A stretch of 64,000 bases of DNA, from the NCBI GenBank assembly GCA_951406725.2, contig OX597814.1, forward strand, positions 85,994,001 to 86,058,000, in the 5' to 3' direction. A program made the position numbers and the translations under genes. The stretch's first letter is position 1; the number at the start of each line of letters is the position of its first letter. Of the stretch, positions 41,445-57,270 are shown one piece after another. This DNA comes from Octopus vulgaris. Taxonomy: Eukaryota. Below the pieces are notes generated by a model that searched no databases, was not told the origin of the DNA, and saw only the letters and a list, made by a program, of their open reading frames with translations.

Positions 41445-41784
41445 CATATATATATACATATAGGTATATATAGTTATGTATATATACATACATATATATA
41501 TATATATATATACATACATATATATATATATATATATATGTATAATATGTGTATATATATATATATATAATATATATAATACTTTATATATATGCGTATA
41601 CATATGTACATATATATCTGTATATATAACATGTAAATGTGCGCGCATATGTATATGGATATATATATTAGCACAATAATGTTAACTGTGAGAGCCTCAT
41701 GTTGCATAGATTGTTTTGTGTTTTTTAATTGTGTATGATTCTTACTATATATACATATATGAATGTATGAATGTATATATGTAT

Positions 41785-42317
41785 CAGGGCCGGATTAAGA
41801 CCTATACAAGCCCTAAGCACTTAAAAGGTTTTAGTGTCCCCTTATGTATGGAATCCAAAATATAAACACTAATAAACCGTTAAGTAACTTTTTATTTTTC
41901 AAAATAAAACAAAACTAACCGTAAGATGGAAAAAGTATTTTTATTTTTGTATACTTCCACTTAATTTATATTTGGAAAGTTTTCTCCAACTTTCTTTAAT
42001 TGCTAAGTCTTTGAACAGGTATTCAAAATTAACCTTACGCATCTGCTTCTCTGTAAAAATATAACACCCAGCCTACCTTGTTGCACAGTTGTTTTGACGA
42101 TATTTTTAATATACTTTAACTGAGAAAATGAACGCTTAGCTGAGCAATTTGTGACTATCAATGTTAAAAATGAAAAAGCACACTAAATAATGTTTATATT
42201 TAGCAAGTTTAAAACGATTTTCTATTGTGCCGTAAACTATTTACAATTTCTTGGTACCCACTCTTCCTTCGATGCTTAAGCACGTGCTTATTTTGCTTAA
42301 GGGTTAATCCAGCGCTG
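41785..42317 (-). mobile_element. Internally deleted hAT transposon retaining the C-terminal dimerisation (hATC) coding remnant
   Basis: TIR CAGGGCCGGATTAA...TTAATCCAGCGCTG and perfect 8-bp TSD atatgtat (41777-41784 / 42318-42325). Minus-strand peptide FLTLIVTNCSAKRSFSQLKYIKNIVKTTVQQGRL. Confidence 0.93.
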
Positions 42318-42330
42318 ATATGTATGTATG

Positions 42331-42364
<34 letters not shown>

Positions 42365-43257
42365 TGTGTGTATGTATGCATGATTGTATGTATGTATATA
42401 TGATTGTATGTATGTATGTATGTATGTATGCATGTATGTATGTATTATGTATGTGTGTATGTATGTATGATTGTATGTATTTATTATGTATGTATGTATG
42501 TATGTGTGTATGTATATATGTATGCATGATTGCATGTATGTTTGTATGTATGTATGTTTGTATCAGTGTATGTATGTATGTATGTATGTATGTATGTATG
42601 TATGTATGTATGTATGTATGTATGTATGTATATATGTATGTATGTATTCAGATATATAATCCAAATAATAAAACAAAGAAATTGTTGAACATATCGTTAC
42701 AATTGTTTCTGTTCCAATTCTGCTCGCAAACGCTAGTTCAAGCACATACAAATATACAAATATCCCCACGTGTGTATGTGCATATACATATAAATATAAT
42801 TACTATTTACATATAAGCATATAATGTGCATATATAGATATAATTTTAGCGTATATATGTACATGTATGGACACATACATGCACATATGTGCGTGTGTGT
42901 GCGCGGCGAGCCGGTGTGTATGAAGAAAAATGAACTCGAACCTAGGTCGTGAATTTTTGTGTATATATGTATATATATATATATATATGTATGTTTAGTA
43001 TATGCATGTATATGTGTGTTAGTGTCTTTGTGTGTGCATATATGTACCGAAGTATTGATGCAGGCATAAGTGTGTGTTTGGATGCCTAGAATCATATATG
43101 CAGACACTAATAGCATGTGAGTCTGTGTAAGACATATGGAGATGATGATAATCCACAGAAAAGTTTTTTGCTTAAAATTTATAAGTTAATTACGAATACT
43201 TATGCAAACATACGTATGAGTGCACACCCACGCACACACATATATATATAGAGATAA

Positions 43258-43334
<77 letters not shown>

Positions 43335-43350
43335 CAAATATGCATATATG

Positions 43351-43514
<164 letters not shown>

Positions 43515-43668
43515 GGAGTAAACACATAAATGTGAAACAAGGTGGAAACATATATATACATATATATACATATACATATAAATATGAATATATATATATA
43601 AGGAAAGAGAGAGTGATGAGAAATATAAAGATATATATGTACGTGTGTACATACGCATACATTCATTC

Positions 43669-43767
<99 letters not shown>

Positions 43768-43786
43768 CATATATATATGTATATGA

Positions 43787-43838
<52 letters not shown>

Positions 43839-44265
43839 CACACACACATACTCCACGCACGTATACAGATGAGACGCATTGGGTGAATAGGTTTTCCTTG
43901 ATTAATTGTTATTTATATGTTTATACATATGGTTAACCATAAATCTTGGTTCCATTTTGCCGTCAGTCAAGAAATATATGACAATGTTCATCTGTTAATC
44001 TTCATGGTATTCAGTTGTTTTCGAGCTTGTATGTTGATTTTCGTTTTATTTTCCATGTTCTGATGTGTGTTTATTTTTTTTTTTTTTCAGTTACTAATCA
44101 CGGTATTGTTTAATATAGTTGCACATAGAACGAAATTTAAGCAGTTTCATTGGTGTTCGTTTATAATGACAGTTATATGTCCATAGCTGTTTACATTACT
44201 TGAATGTACTTATGTATGCATATTTGTACATACATACATATATACATACATATATACATACATAC

Positions 44266-44310
<45 letters not shown>

Positions 44311-44314
<4 letters not shown>

Positions 44315-44498
44315 GGTCCCGGGTTGAGTCGGGGTTAACCACAGTAAATAAGGTACTCAATACATAGCAGAGTAAATTAATTTATTTTATAGAAGGAGCT
44401 TCTACAGGACTAGAACTGTTTCATTCAAATGAAATCATCAGGAAGCTGGAAGCATTTGAATGAAACAGTTCCAGTCCTGTAGAAGCTCCTTCTATAAA

Positions 44499-44504
<6 letters not shown>
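44311..44504. mobile_element. Short PLE-like fold-back in (TA)n with a hammerhead-like core
   Basis: 52-bp inverted arms at 44380-44431 and 44453-44504 with one mismatch. Minus strand CTGATGA TTTC attt GAAT GAAAC at ~44418-44441. Confidence 0.65.
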
Positions 44505-44542
<38 letters not shown>

Positions 44543-44562
44543 TAATATATTTGTACATATAC

Positions 44563-44943
44563 ATATAAAGGATGTGATTAGTAAATTGGCGCCATTTTGT
44601 ATTTTTTTATTTCGCGTGGGTAAGTTGGGCACCGTCTGTGAGTAAAACTGCACTGTGACACAATCTGCTCTACCAGAAATTTGGACACGACATGCTGTAT
44701 TGCTTGGCATTTGCGCCGGAAGCTCCAATACGAAAAGATGGTGAATAAATAACATCTGGCCACCTAACCCCCCCAGACTGCAACCCCTATGGTTATTATA
44801 TGAGGGGCGCAGTTGAGTGGGAGACCAACGACACTCCTTGCAATTTTATTTACTCTTTAGTATGTCAAGATATTTTTATGTCATTTTGGTAAATATTTTC
44901 ATTTTTGCGTAATTTAGACGAAAATATATTCGTCGCGCCCTGT
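44563..44943 (+). mobile_element. Non-autonomous Tc1/mariner-superfamily relic (maT/DD37D-like)
   Basis: Peptide IWPPNPPDCNPYGYYMRGAVEWETNDTPCN (cf. WPPNSPDCNPLDYYVWG.VERETN), and a right end ..tcgtcgcgccctgt. Confidence 0.65.
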
Positions 44944-44957
44944 GAATATATATACAA

Positions 44958-45184
44958 TCTTTTATTTGTTTCAGTCATTTGATTGCGACAATACTGGAGC
45001 ACCGCCTTTAGTCGAACAAATCGTCCCCAGGACATATTCTTTGTAAGCCTAGTACTTCTTCTATCGGATTCTTTTGCCGAACCGCTAATTTACGAGGGCG
45101 CAAGCACACCACCATCGGTTGTCAGACCCAAAAATATATACATACATATACATACATACATACATACATACATACATACATACA

Positions 45185-45220
<36 letters not shown>

Positions 45221-45222
45221 TA

Positions 45223-45265
<43 letters not shown>

Positions 45266-45352
45266 CTTCTTTCAGTTCCTATCTACCAAATCCACTCACA
45301 AGGCTTTGGTCGGCCCGAGGCTATAGCAAAACACACTTGGTTGGGAAGCCAC
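44958..45352 (-). mobile_element. SINE family A with internal microsatellite expansion
   Basis: ttgtttcagtcatttgattgcg...tactggagcaccgcctttag...ctaccaaatccactcacaaggctttggtcggcccgaggctatag. Confidence 0.85.
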
Positions 45353-45368
45353 ATATATTTATGTATGC

Positions 45369-45459
<91 letters not shown>

Positions 45460-45590
45460 TATATTTTATTTAAAGCAGCAGAAAATTCAACAAAACCTGT
45501 TACTCTGAGTTTCCCGTTGCCGGTATACATATATATATATATAAATATATATATATACAGATATATATATACAGGTATATATATATGTAC

Positions 45591-45661
<71 letters not shown>

Positions 45662-45664
45662 GAT

Positions 45665-45775
<111 letters not shown>

Positions 45776-46267
45776 CAGTTTATTTATTAGCCACACAGGG
45801 TCGAACACAGAAGGGACAAAATACAATGTTGAGCTTTTCTTTTCGAAAATAGAAAAAAAAAGGAGAAAAATAATAAAGTTCCGATAGAGAGAGTGGGGGG
45901 GAGAGAGGGAGAGAGATACATACATACATAACGTGATGTGTCAGTAAATGCAAATCACAAATTTGAGAAAAAAGGAGTAAAAGTGTTTAATATCATTGTA
46001 ATGATTTTTTCCTGGTATATATTTTCTGCGTCACCAGGAGAACAGTAAAAACAAACTAGTGTTCCTCCGAGTATAGTGTGTTACAAACTATAAAATTATT
46101 ATCTGAGGATTATAATAAACACAGTTCTTAATATTTTTACATATGAAATAGCATGTGAGTTTTTAGTATCCATCCACGTAGACATTTTTACCTATCTATA
46201 TGCATACATATATGCAATATGTGTATGTATATATGTATATAATAATAAACCTTTACATATGTATATA

Positions 46268-46319
<52 letters not shown>

Positions 46320-46641
46320 TATATAAATACAACATGGATATATATAAACACGGACAGGACATTCGAAACCCTATAGTCATCATCGTATAATTTCGGCTGA
46401 TTAATCTTGAGATTACAGATCACGCAGCCCTCCAAGAAAAACCACACATTAGAAAATCTAAGCTGGAAGCGTAGATTTCAAGAAGGATCGACATACGACA
46501 CAGGACAGCAAAGGGACAGATGATTAATAATAATAGTAACAACAACAACAACAACAATAATAGTGATAATAATAATAATAATAATAATACCTTTAAAGAA
46601 ATACCAGACAATTCTTCACCAGAAGAACAAAATATCTCTCA

Positions 46642-46714
<73 letters not shown>

Positions 46715-46782
46715 TATATGCACGCACACACATATACATATATATACATATATATATATGTGTGTATATATGTATGTATATA

Positions 46783-46818
<36 letters not shown>

Positions 46819-47104
46819 TGTATGTATGTATGTATGTATGCATGTATGTATGTATGTACGTATATATGTATGTATGCATGCATGTACGTACGTATGTATG
46901 TATGTATGTATGTATATATGTAGATACACATACTTACATACTTACACATTCAAGCATATACATGTTAAAATTCATATTGCATTTTAAAGTAACTAAAGAA
47001 CAACAATGATGCATTGAGTACCTTCAAATTTATTATAAATTCCGCGACATAATTTATAATAGATAATATTCTAATATATATGTATCTGTGTGAGAGTGTA
47101 TGCA

Positions 47105-47170
<66 letters not shown>

Positions 47171-47466
47171 GAGAGAGAGATACATTCACGCACTCAAAAC
47201 CATAAAGACACACACTTACATGCATATTAGCACATGTATATTGGTTCGTGTTTGTATGTGTGTATATATGTGTGTCTGTGTCCGCCTCGATTGTGTGTGT
47301 ACGTGTGTGTGTGTGTGTGATTACATGTGCGTGCGTATATGTGCGCGCGGGTGAGCACGTGTATAGATATATATATATATATATATCATTTGACATATTT
47401 CGTTATAGACAGATAGACAGACAGATGGACAGACAGACAGACAGACAGACAGACAGGCAGACAGAC

Positions 47467-47560
<94 letters not shown>

Positions 47561-47832
47561 TATTAAACATTTTATCTTACTGAGAATAACAGAATAACAT
47601 TGTGCTTGTTGTTGGCCTCAGTAAATTTTCTCACTGGGAAAAACTGCTTTTGTGGCACACGCATGTTAACTGATCCTCTAGAAAAACAATTAACTATTTT
47701 TAACGATGCATATATGAATGAAACTTCGAGGTCACTCTAAACTGGTAAATATATTCGTAGAAATTTGTTTATTCTGTTATTGTTAATTATTTAAGGCCCT
47801 TAATATCATATCGTAACTATATGGATGTGTAC

Positions 47833-47906
<74 letters not shown>

Positions 47907-47987
47907 TTTATATATAAAATGTATGTATATATGTATACTTATATCTATATACACGTGTATACATGTGTACATATGAGTGTGTATGTG

Positions 47988-48134
<147 letters not shown>

Positions 48135-48274
48135 CTTCTATCTATAGTTTCGAAACGTTGTAACATATTTTAGATAGAGAAAACAATGAAGTATATACAA
48201 TGTACATGAAATTATAACACTTTTATGCGTATCATTATAAACAATTACATGTCTATGTCCAAACTGCTACATGT

Positions 48275-48353
<79 letters not shown>

Positions 48354-48385
48354 CATTATTGCTGTTGTTATTATTATTTATCTAT

Positions 48386-48416
<31 letters not shown>

Positions 48417-48591
48417 TTTCTCCATGGTCGACTGCGCCTTTCGTTCGTTCAGCTCCATAAGATAAGTACTAGATTAGCCCTGGGGTCGCTGAAATCCACT
48501 AACCACCCATCCACTAAAATTTCAGATCTTGTTCGTATACTAGAAAATGCTACTAAGACATACAATGCAGCCATTCATAACTGCAAATATA

Positions 48592-48642
<51 letters not shown>

Positions 48643-48946
48643 ACGCAGGGGCACTCGCACACACTCTCACGTGTATGTATATCATATATATTTATCTGTT
48701 AATCTCTCTATCTATCAATCAGTCTACACATATATACAACATGCACACACATACACAACATACACACAGGTATATAGGTAAACCTAAGGTCGGCACAGGA
48801 CTCTGGTGTGACTTTACAGCTAAATATAAAAGTATATAGGTCCTTCTTTGGCATACTGAGTTGTATTATTCCTGCTTATAGTACTAAACCTACATATTAT
48901 ACATATATCAATGTATACACACGCACAATACACACATATATACTCT

Positions 48947-48986
<40 letters not shown>

Positions 48987-49043
48987 CAAACATATATATG
49001 TATATATATGTATATATATATATATATATACATACATACATAT

Positions 49044-49133
<90 letters not shown>

Positions 49134-49403
49134 GTCCATTGGTCTGTTTGATCAGTGGTCATCTAGAGTTAAACTACAACAGGTATATAACTGCAACATT
49201 ATAACATTTTAATTGACTTAGTGATTTTGCTCCTCAAAGTTTGGAAACTTAAACACGAAACTGTAATGTTACTTCGTATAATCACTTTATGCGTCTATGT
49301 GCACGTCTGTGTGCGAGTGCCTGTGTGCCTGTGCCTGGGTATTTATTAACAAAAATTTATTTAAGTATGCATACATATAAATTTACGTATATGTATATAT
49401 ATG

Positions 49404-49438
<35 letters not shown>

Positions 49439-49520
49439 ATATATATAAATTAACTTATATACATATATATATATATGCCTTCGTGCACGCATACTTGTAT
49501 GCGTATATATATATATATAT

Positions 49521-49730
49521 ACTCTTTTACTCTTTTATTTGTTTCAGTCATTTGACTGCGGCCATGCTGGAGCACGACCTTTAATCGAGCAACTCGACCC
49601 CGGCACTTATTCTCTGTAAGCCCAGTACTTATTCTATCGGTCTGTTTTGCCGAACCGCTAAGTGACGGGAACATAACCACACCAGCATCGGCTGTCAAGC
49701 AATGCTAGGGGGACAAACTGACACACACAA

Positions 49731-49791
<61 letters not shown>

Positions 49792-49931
49792 CATATATAC
49801 GACGGGCTTCTTTCACCAGGCTCTGGTCGGCCCGAGGCTATAGTAGAAGACACTTGCCCAAGGTGCCACGCAGTGGGACTGAACCCGGAACCATGTGGTT
49901 GGTAAACAAGTTACTTACCACACAGCCACTC
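49521..49931 (-). mobile_element. SINE family A, near full length
   Basis: ctcttttactcttttatttgtttcagtcatttgactgcggcc...cacttgcccaaggtgccacgcagtgggactgaacccgg...cacagccact. Confidence 0.92.
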
Positions 49932-50003
<72 letters not shown>

Positions 50004-50068
50004 ATATATAATATATGATATATATACCGTCATTCATATATATACATATACACATATATATATATACA

Positions 50069-50121
<53 letters not shown>

Positions 50122-50216
50122 TATATTATATATATACCGTCATGCATGCATACATGTATATATATATATATATATACACAAATATATATACAAATATACA
50201 TATATACATATATAAA

Positions 50217-50251
<35 letters not shown>

Positions 50252-50321
50252 TAGACAGAATGAGATAACAAAGCCAAGGCTGTGAGGAGTTTTCAGGACA
50301 TTTATAAGGAAAAAGATGTAG

Positions 50322-50379
50322 ATATAGTCTTACAGCTGTTTCTGGGATGTTATGGATATCCCTTGATCAGAGTCGATAT
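50322..50379 (-). ncRNA. Hammerhead-like motif (CUGAUCA core) in PLE-like fragment 50231-50415
   Basis: Minus strand: atatcgact CTGATCA A GGGAT..ATCCC A GAAAC AGCT GTA agactatat. Stem I 7/9 paired. Confidence 0.5.
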
Positions 50380-50410
50380 GTGATGGTGAAATAGAGGTGT
50401 ATATATGCCC

Positions 50411-50478
<68 letters not shown>

Positions 50479-50639
50479 TATTTTCATATGTGTGTGTGTG
50501 TGTGCATGATTTGCGTAGAATATATCTTAAAAGTAATCATAGGTGTGTCTTTTATTTAACTATGAAATGAATATAGCTATGTACTTTAACGCCTGGACAA
50601 CAATATATATAAGTCTCTGTGAATGAGTATATTTGTGCG

Positions 50640-52070
50640 TATGTATATGTGATGTAGTCCATTTTCAAGATCTCAGAACTTGTTGATTCGTTATTTTCAC
50701 AATTGTTGTTTTTTTTGTTTTTTCTTTGTTTTGCTTTTCTTTTTTTTTCTTTTTTTCGTGTTGATGCTCTTTTCTCCATTGCATAAACCGCATCTTTTTA
50801 TACCATTACATTTTATCGACATTTCTCTAAGATCTCTTTGATATCAAAATCAGTACCATGTTTTTCAGGTTCCAGATGTAACAGGATAATATTGTAGTGC
50901 TTCTGCTTTCTATACGCTTGAAGGAAGAAGTGTGACTATAGTAACGTTGATTAAATTTCCCTCCCACCACGCCTATTTTGTGTTTACCTGCTATTGAAAG
51001 GTTCATTAAATAGAAGTGATTTCTATATCATATATGATCTCTTCAGCTGTATACATCTGACTGAGGGCGTATGCATTTATGCTTCTGCGCATGCCGTTAG
51101 TCCCAACTGATCAACTAAGTTAATGTTTAATATAATTTTTATGTTAGGGATACAACTAAGACTCTGTTTAAGCTTGTTTCTATTAAATAGATTTCTGTAG
51201 CGGCAGTTGTTTGGGAAATGCTTATTTATTAAGGCTTAGATGTTTTTAGTATCATTAGACTTAACGTTTCAGATAAAAGGAGATTTAGATCTGGTGATGT
51301 TGCTGTGACACTTCTTAGAATTGGATGGCGGAGTGTCTACATTAATGTTCGTGAGTGACGCCGACTATGTAGGAACACGATAAAAACATACGGTTTACTA
51401 AGAATCCCCGTACGTTAGCAATTCTGAAATTTATCTATATACAAGATCAGATCAGAGTTCTTTACCAAATGCTGTCATTTTCTTTTGAGATTCAGGGGAG
51501 ATTTAGGTCATGCAGAAATGAAATAAGAGAATATGAACAAGTTATACGAAAACGGGATTTTTAATAAAAGCATTAACAATTTTGCAGATTACCTAAATAA
51601 AGAATCAGATGTCTTTAACAAATAATGTCACTTATACAAGCATCTTCAAAAATACTGAAACATCAAGCAGTCATCAAATTAAATGGGCCAATACTGAACT
51701 CTCATACATGCACTGTCTATTCTATTTACTCGCGCCGTCCATGATGTTGTACATAAGTGATAGATTTTTACTTTCAATATTTATTATACGTTAACTGACC
51801 TTTACTACAACGGATTGATTATAACGTTTTCATCTCACCTTAACTCACTATACATACCACAGTATTCTATCGATATATTTCCATATTTTCCTTTTATTTT
51901 TATATTTATAATCATTATTAGGAGCTGAATATTTGCACCAACGTCTGTTTTCTTTTTTCAATTCTTAACTCCACCAGAGTTTTTCTTCAAAGCGTTGCGC
52001 CACTTATGACCTCTTTGGTCTAGCATGCAACAAATAAAATCTCCGTATATACGCCATTTCCTTCGAGAAA
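50640..52070 (-). pseudogene. Decayed Naiad-type PLE ORF (RT end, linker, GIY-YIG)
   Basis: Minus-strand peptides LINKHFPNNCRYRNLFNRNKLKQSLSCIPNIKII; IIYDIEITS; IGVVGGKFNQRYYSHTSSFK..STTILSCYIWNLK; KRCGLCNGEK. The upstream boundary is uncertain. Confidence 0.8.
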
Positions 52071-52209
52071 ATGTTTATTTTATGATCAAAGGATTATTTA
52101 ATAATTTACGCTTACTGTTATATGTATAGCGACAGCACAACATTATATGTGTGTATACATACATCTATATAACTGTGTATACGTATCTATCTATCTCTCT
52201 ATCTATCTA

Positions 52210-52274
<65 letters not shown>

Positions 52275-52645
52275 ATGTATGTATATGCACACATATACAA
52301 ACGTAGATACATACGTATATACATACATTCATATATCCACAAATCCAACCATTTATCCAGTCATCCATACATACATATATACATTCACGCATACATATAT
52401 ACATACATACATACATACATACATACATACATACATACATACGTACGTACGTATGTACGTACACGCTTGCATACATAAGTTAATGCAAACACTAAAAATT
52501 GTCACTATGAGTCTTCTTATGTACATGACTGAGGTTTTAGTGCCTCACAGGCACACATACACACGCATATACAAACATCACACAGACGCACCCACATATA
52601 CACCTACTTATTATACATTCATATGTATGCTTGTGTGTGTGTGTG

Positions 52646-52706
<61 letters not shown>

Positions 52707-52850
52707 ATGTATGCATGAGTATTCAGACGGACAGGGGGCACATAGATATAGATAAGCATACGGAGCAGCGTGGATTAATTATCAATTGTCGGTGAAAACA
52801 CTTCGACGTTAATCATAAATGCATGTTCGACACGCACACGCGCGCACACA

Positions 52851-52906
<56 letters not shown>

Positions 52907-53349
52907 TTAAGTGGATGCATAGGTATGAAAGAGAGAGAACGTTAATAGGGGTAGAAAAGTGTATGATGTACAGTATTTGTTAATTAGTCTTCCAGAATTA
53001 TATAGTTTAGGCCTACTGTCTTCTGACTCAAAACCTTCTTGCCTAATTCTGTCTTGAAACTCATGAATATGTTGTTGTTGTTGTTGTTGCTGCTGCTGCT
53101 GCTGTTGTTGCTGCTGTTGTTGCTGTTGTTGTTGCTGCTGTTTTTGCTGTTGTTAATGCTGCTGTTGTTTTTATTATTGTTGTTTTTCTTTTTTTGTGAT
53201 GCTGTTTTGGTAGCTATTTAACGCCAAGTTATCCATAATCGAGCCGATCTGTTGTCAAAATACGCTCAGTTTTTGGTTTCTGTTTTTTTTTTATTTTCGG
53301 GAATATTGAACCTTTGTATGTTGCGTCATTTTGTTTGACGCATCGCTAC

Positions 53350-54363
53350 CGAATAATATCGAATCGGTTTCCAAAATAATATCGAATTGGTTTCCAAAAT
53401 TTCGTTCTGGTAACTTTGACCTCACAAATGAGCAACGCGGTCGACCCGAAACAGGTGAATGACAAACTGAAAGCCACCGTCGAGTCAGATCCATCTCAAA
53501 GTGCCCGTGAATTATTGTTGTTGTTTGGTTTTAGCAAGTAAACAATATTGACTCAGCTAGTTCAAATCGGTAAAGTGAAAAAGTTGGATAAGTGGGTTCC
53601 ACATGAACTCAATGAAAATCAGAAACAGCAACGTTTGGAAGCCTGCTTTATGCTACTTTCTCGTCACAAAAAGGAATCATTTTTGAATTGAATTGCAACG
53701 TGATGAAAAATGGATCCAATACAACCATAAACGTTCAGCACAATGGTTGGACAAAGACGTGCCACCAAAACACAGTCCAAAAAGCATAATTCATTGAAAG
53801 AAGCTGATAGTGTGTGTTTGGTGGTCTGGCGCAGGTGTGATCCGTTATGATTTCATTAAACCTGGCTCATCAATCACGGCAGAAATATACTGCAGCAAAC
53901 TGGATCGAATGATGCCGATACTTACAAAAACATAGCCTAGATTAGTCAACAGATCCACTCCTATTTTATTGCAAGACAACGCCAGACCACGCATTGGCGA
54001 AACTACATTAGCAAAAATGACATTGGCGAAACTACAGGCGTTGGAGTTGGAAGTTCTCCACCATTCACCATACTCACCAGATCTTGCCCCCACTGACAAT
54101 CACTTCTTCCAGAATTTGGATAACTTTTTGATAGGAAAAAAATTCAATTCCGGCGATGCTGTAAAACAGGCCTTCCTAGGTCTATTGATTCTAGATTGTC
54201 AGGCTTTTACAGTTCTGGGCTGGACAAGCTAGAAATGAAATGGCAAAAGTCTATTGATAATATGGGTGCATACTTTGAAGAATAAAACTATTCCTTGTAT
54301 TTATAAAACATTAGCAAACTTTTTTTTTTCTTTTCTACAAATTTCATACTCGACGACCTAATA
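53350..54363 (+). pseudogene. Mariner transposase pseudogene (cecropia/Hsmar1-like motifs) with 3' TIR
   Basis: SGNFDLTNEQRGRP; GKVKKLDKWVPHELNENQKQQRLEAC; DEKWIQY; VCVWWSGAGVI; LLQDNARP; HSPYSPDLAPTDNHFF; stops and frameshifts. End ..ttcatactcgacgacctaa|TA. Confidence 0.93.
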
Positions 54364-54630
54364 AAAGTCTAAACAAGATTAGAAATTATTCTAATCAGTA
54401 AGATTTTTATTCAGTCCTCTGAACGATAAAATCTCTGCTTTAACCCCATCGTTTATTTTTCTAAATGAGGATAAAATTGCACGTATTTTGAAATGCTATA
54501 CATTACACACGCACACAGATATATGTGTATATATATGCTTTCATACATACATACTCACACACACGCACACACATACATACATTCATATATACATACATAT
54601 TTACATATAAATATATATATATATGTATAT

Positions 54631-54799
54631 ACTCTTTTTACTCTTTTACTTGTTTCAGTCATTTGACTGTGGCCATGTTGGAGCACCGCCTTTAGTCGTG
54701 CAACTCGACTTATTCTTTGTAAGCCCAGTACTTATTCTATCGATCTCTTTTGCCGAACCGAATCGGTTGTCAAGTAACACAGACACACAGACATACACG

Positions 54800-54887
<88 letters not shown>

Positions 54888-55056
54888 CATATATACGACG
54901 GGCTTCTTTCAGTTTCCGTCTACCAAATCCACTCACAAGGCTTTGGTCGGCCCGAGGCTATAGTAGAAGACACTTGCCCAAGATGCCACCCAGTGGGACT
55001 GAACCCGGAACCATGTGGTTGGTAAACAAGCTACTTACCACACAGCCACTCCTGCG

Positions 55057-55059
<3 letters not shown>
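54631..55059 (-). mobile_element. SINE family A
   Basis: Matches the 30872 and 49521 copies, ending ...cacagccactcctgcgcc; internal (TA)n expansion. Confidence 0.92.
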
Positions 55060-55104
<45 letters not shown>

Positions 55105-55155
55105 TTAAAATTACTAAGTCTCTCTAAAAGAGAACAGCGGCAGCGTTCCCGGAAA

Positions 55156-55312
<157 letters not shown>

Positions 55313-55495
55313 TAGAGTAAGCACATAAATGTGAAAGAACGGTAAAGTAATATGCATTACTATTAAAGCTGCAAAAACATCACAAATTTGTGATATTTTG
55401 GGGATATTTTTGCAGCTTTAAAAATAAAGTGTATGTGTGTGCGTGTGTACATGTATATACATATGTACGTCTTTCTATGTAGATATATATTGTTT

Positions 55496-55562
<67 letters not shown>

Positions 55563-55614
55563 TAATAATAATAATAACAACAACAACAACAACAACAATA
55601 ATAATAATAATACG

Positions 55615-55970
55615 AAGAGCGCGATTCGATTGCAAAAGATATTTTATCGGTTGAAGGATATTTCAACAGCAAGCCTGTCATTGTCGAGTTCAAAATAAAG
55701 CGATAAAAATTCAAACTTATAGAAGTTCAAATATAAAGTATGAACGAGAGCAACCAGCGTCCACTTCGCCAGTTATGAAACTGAAACTTAAAGACTAATG
55801 ATGTCATTCCATCAACGTGTGGACGCTAGCTGCTCTCGTTCATACTTTAATTTTGAACTTCTACAATTTTGAATTTTTATCACTTTTTATTTTGAACTCG
55901 ACAAAGACAGACTTGCTGTCGAAATGTCGTTCGACCAATAAAATATCTATTGTAATCGCATCGCGCTCTT
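55615..55970. mobile_element. Fold-back element (~150-bp inverted arms), each arm carrying a U3:A8-type hammerhead motif
   Basis: Arms at 55615-55764 and 55819-55970. Right arm 55894-55932: gaac TCGACAA A GACAG acttg CTGTC GAAAT GTC gttc. Confidence 0.8.
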
Positions 55971-56017
55971 TGTCTTGTCTGTTTACCTTTGTGAAGAGTT
56001 TTGTCACTCTTTTTTAA

Positions 56018-56071
<54 letters not shown>

Positions 56072-56252
56072 GTGAAGATGATGATCATGATGATCATGAT
56101 GATCATGATGATCATGATGATCATGATGATGGTGATAATAATAATGAGGAGGAGGAAGATAATGATGATAATATCATTAGTATTATTTTATCTTTATTAT
56201 TTTCATATTTACCGTCATCATCGTCATCTGTTGTTATGTTTTGTTGTTGTTG

Positions 56253-56307
<55 letters not shown>

Positions 56308-56323
56308 CATTATTATTATTAGT

Positions 56324-56358
<35 letters not shown>

Positions 56359-56479
56359 CATCACTATCATCATCATCATCGTTATTATTATTATTACACT
56401 TCCGCTGGTGCATGAGATCTGTCACCGTGTGAGATGTTGATTTTGTAGCTTGTACTATTAATATGTTATATGTTATGGA

Positions 56480-57270
56480 TAGGTAGAATCGACAGAGTAG
56501 AAGACAAAATGTTTTTCGATATTTAGATACGTTCCTTAATTTTCATCTATACTTCAGATCTCATCAAGGTCAAGTTTGACTTTCATCACAAATAACTAAC
56601 CAAGTACTGGAGCTGATATAATCCGGTAATCCATTCCTAAAAATGTTAGGCCTTCTGACCATTTTAAAAATCATTATACAAAATCATTATAACTATATAA
56701 GGCAGCGAGCTTGTAGAATAATTAACACCATGGACACACTGTTTTGCGGCATTTCGTCCGTCTTTACATTCTGAGTTCAAATTCTACCGAGGTCTGTTTT
56801 GCATTTTAACCTTTTGGGGGTTGATGAATAAGTATCAGTTGAACTTTGGAGTTGATATAAACAACAAGCCTCTCCCCACAGAATTCCAGGTCTTATAGAG
56901 TCTTTACTATATGAAAAGAAACATTATTTATTATTTGTAGTATTTCCTGAAATATAAGGTAGTGCCTTTAGCTTAGTGACAATTTAGTCCGTCTTTACGT
57001 TCTGAGTTCAAATTCCGCTGTGATTGACTTTGCCTTTGATCCTTTCAGGGGCCGATAAGATAAGTACCAGTCAAGAACTGTTGATGCAACTGACGTCCCC
57101 CTCCCTCGAAAACTGCTGGCAATGTGCCAAATTTTTGAAATTATTATTTGCTGAAATAGTGTCGAGTTGGCCGAATCGTTAGAGCATCGGAAAAGTTCCT
57201 TGCAATAATTCTTCTTCTTCTTTACGTGCCGAGGTCAAACCCTACCCATAGCTTTACTATTTATCTTTCT
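56480..57270 (+). mobile_element. Cluster of 4 decayed same-orientation SINE family B copies
   Basis: ggcagcgagcttgtagaat (56701), ttctgagttcaaattc (~56769, ~57000), gaatcgttagagcatcgg (~57174), gtagaatcgacagag (~56483). Confidence 0.75.

Noticed and set aside
46385-46440. Minus-strand GGCTG...CAGCC GAAA stem resembling hammerhead stem II
   Set aside because: The upstream core (CTTGGAG) fits neither CUGANGA nor UUGANAA.
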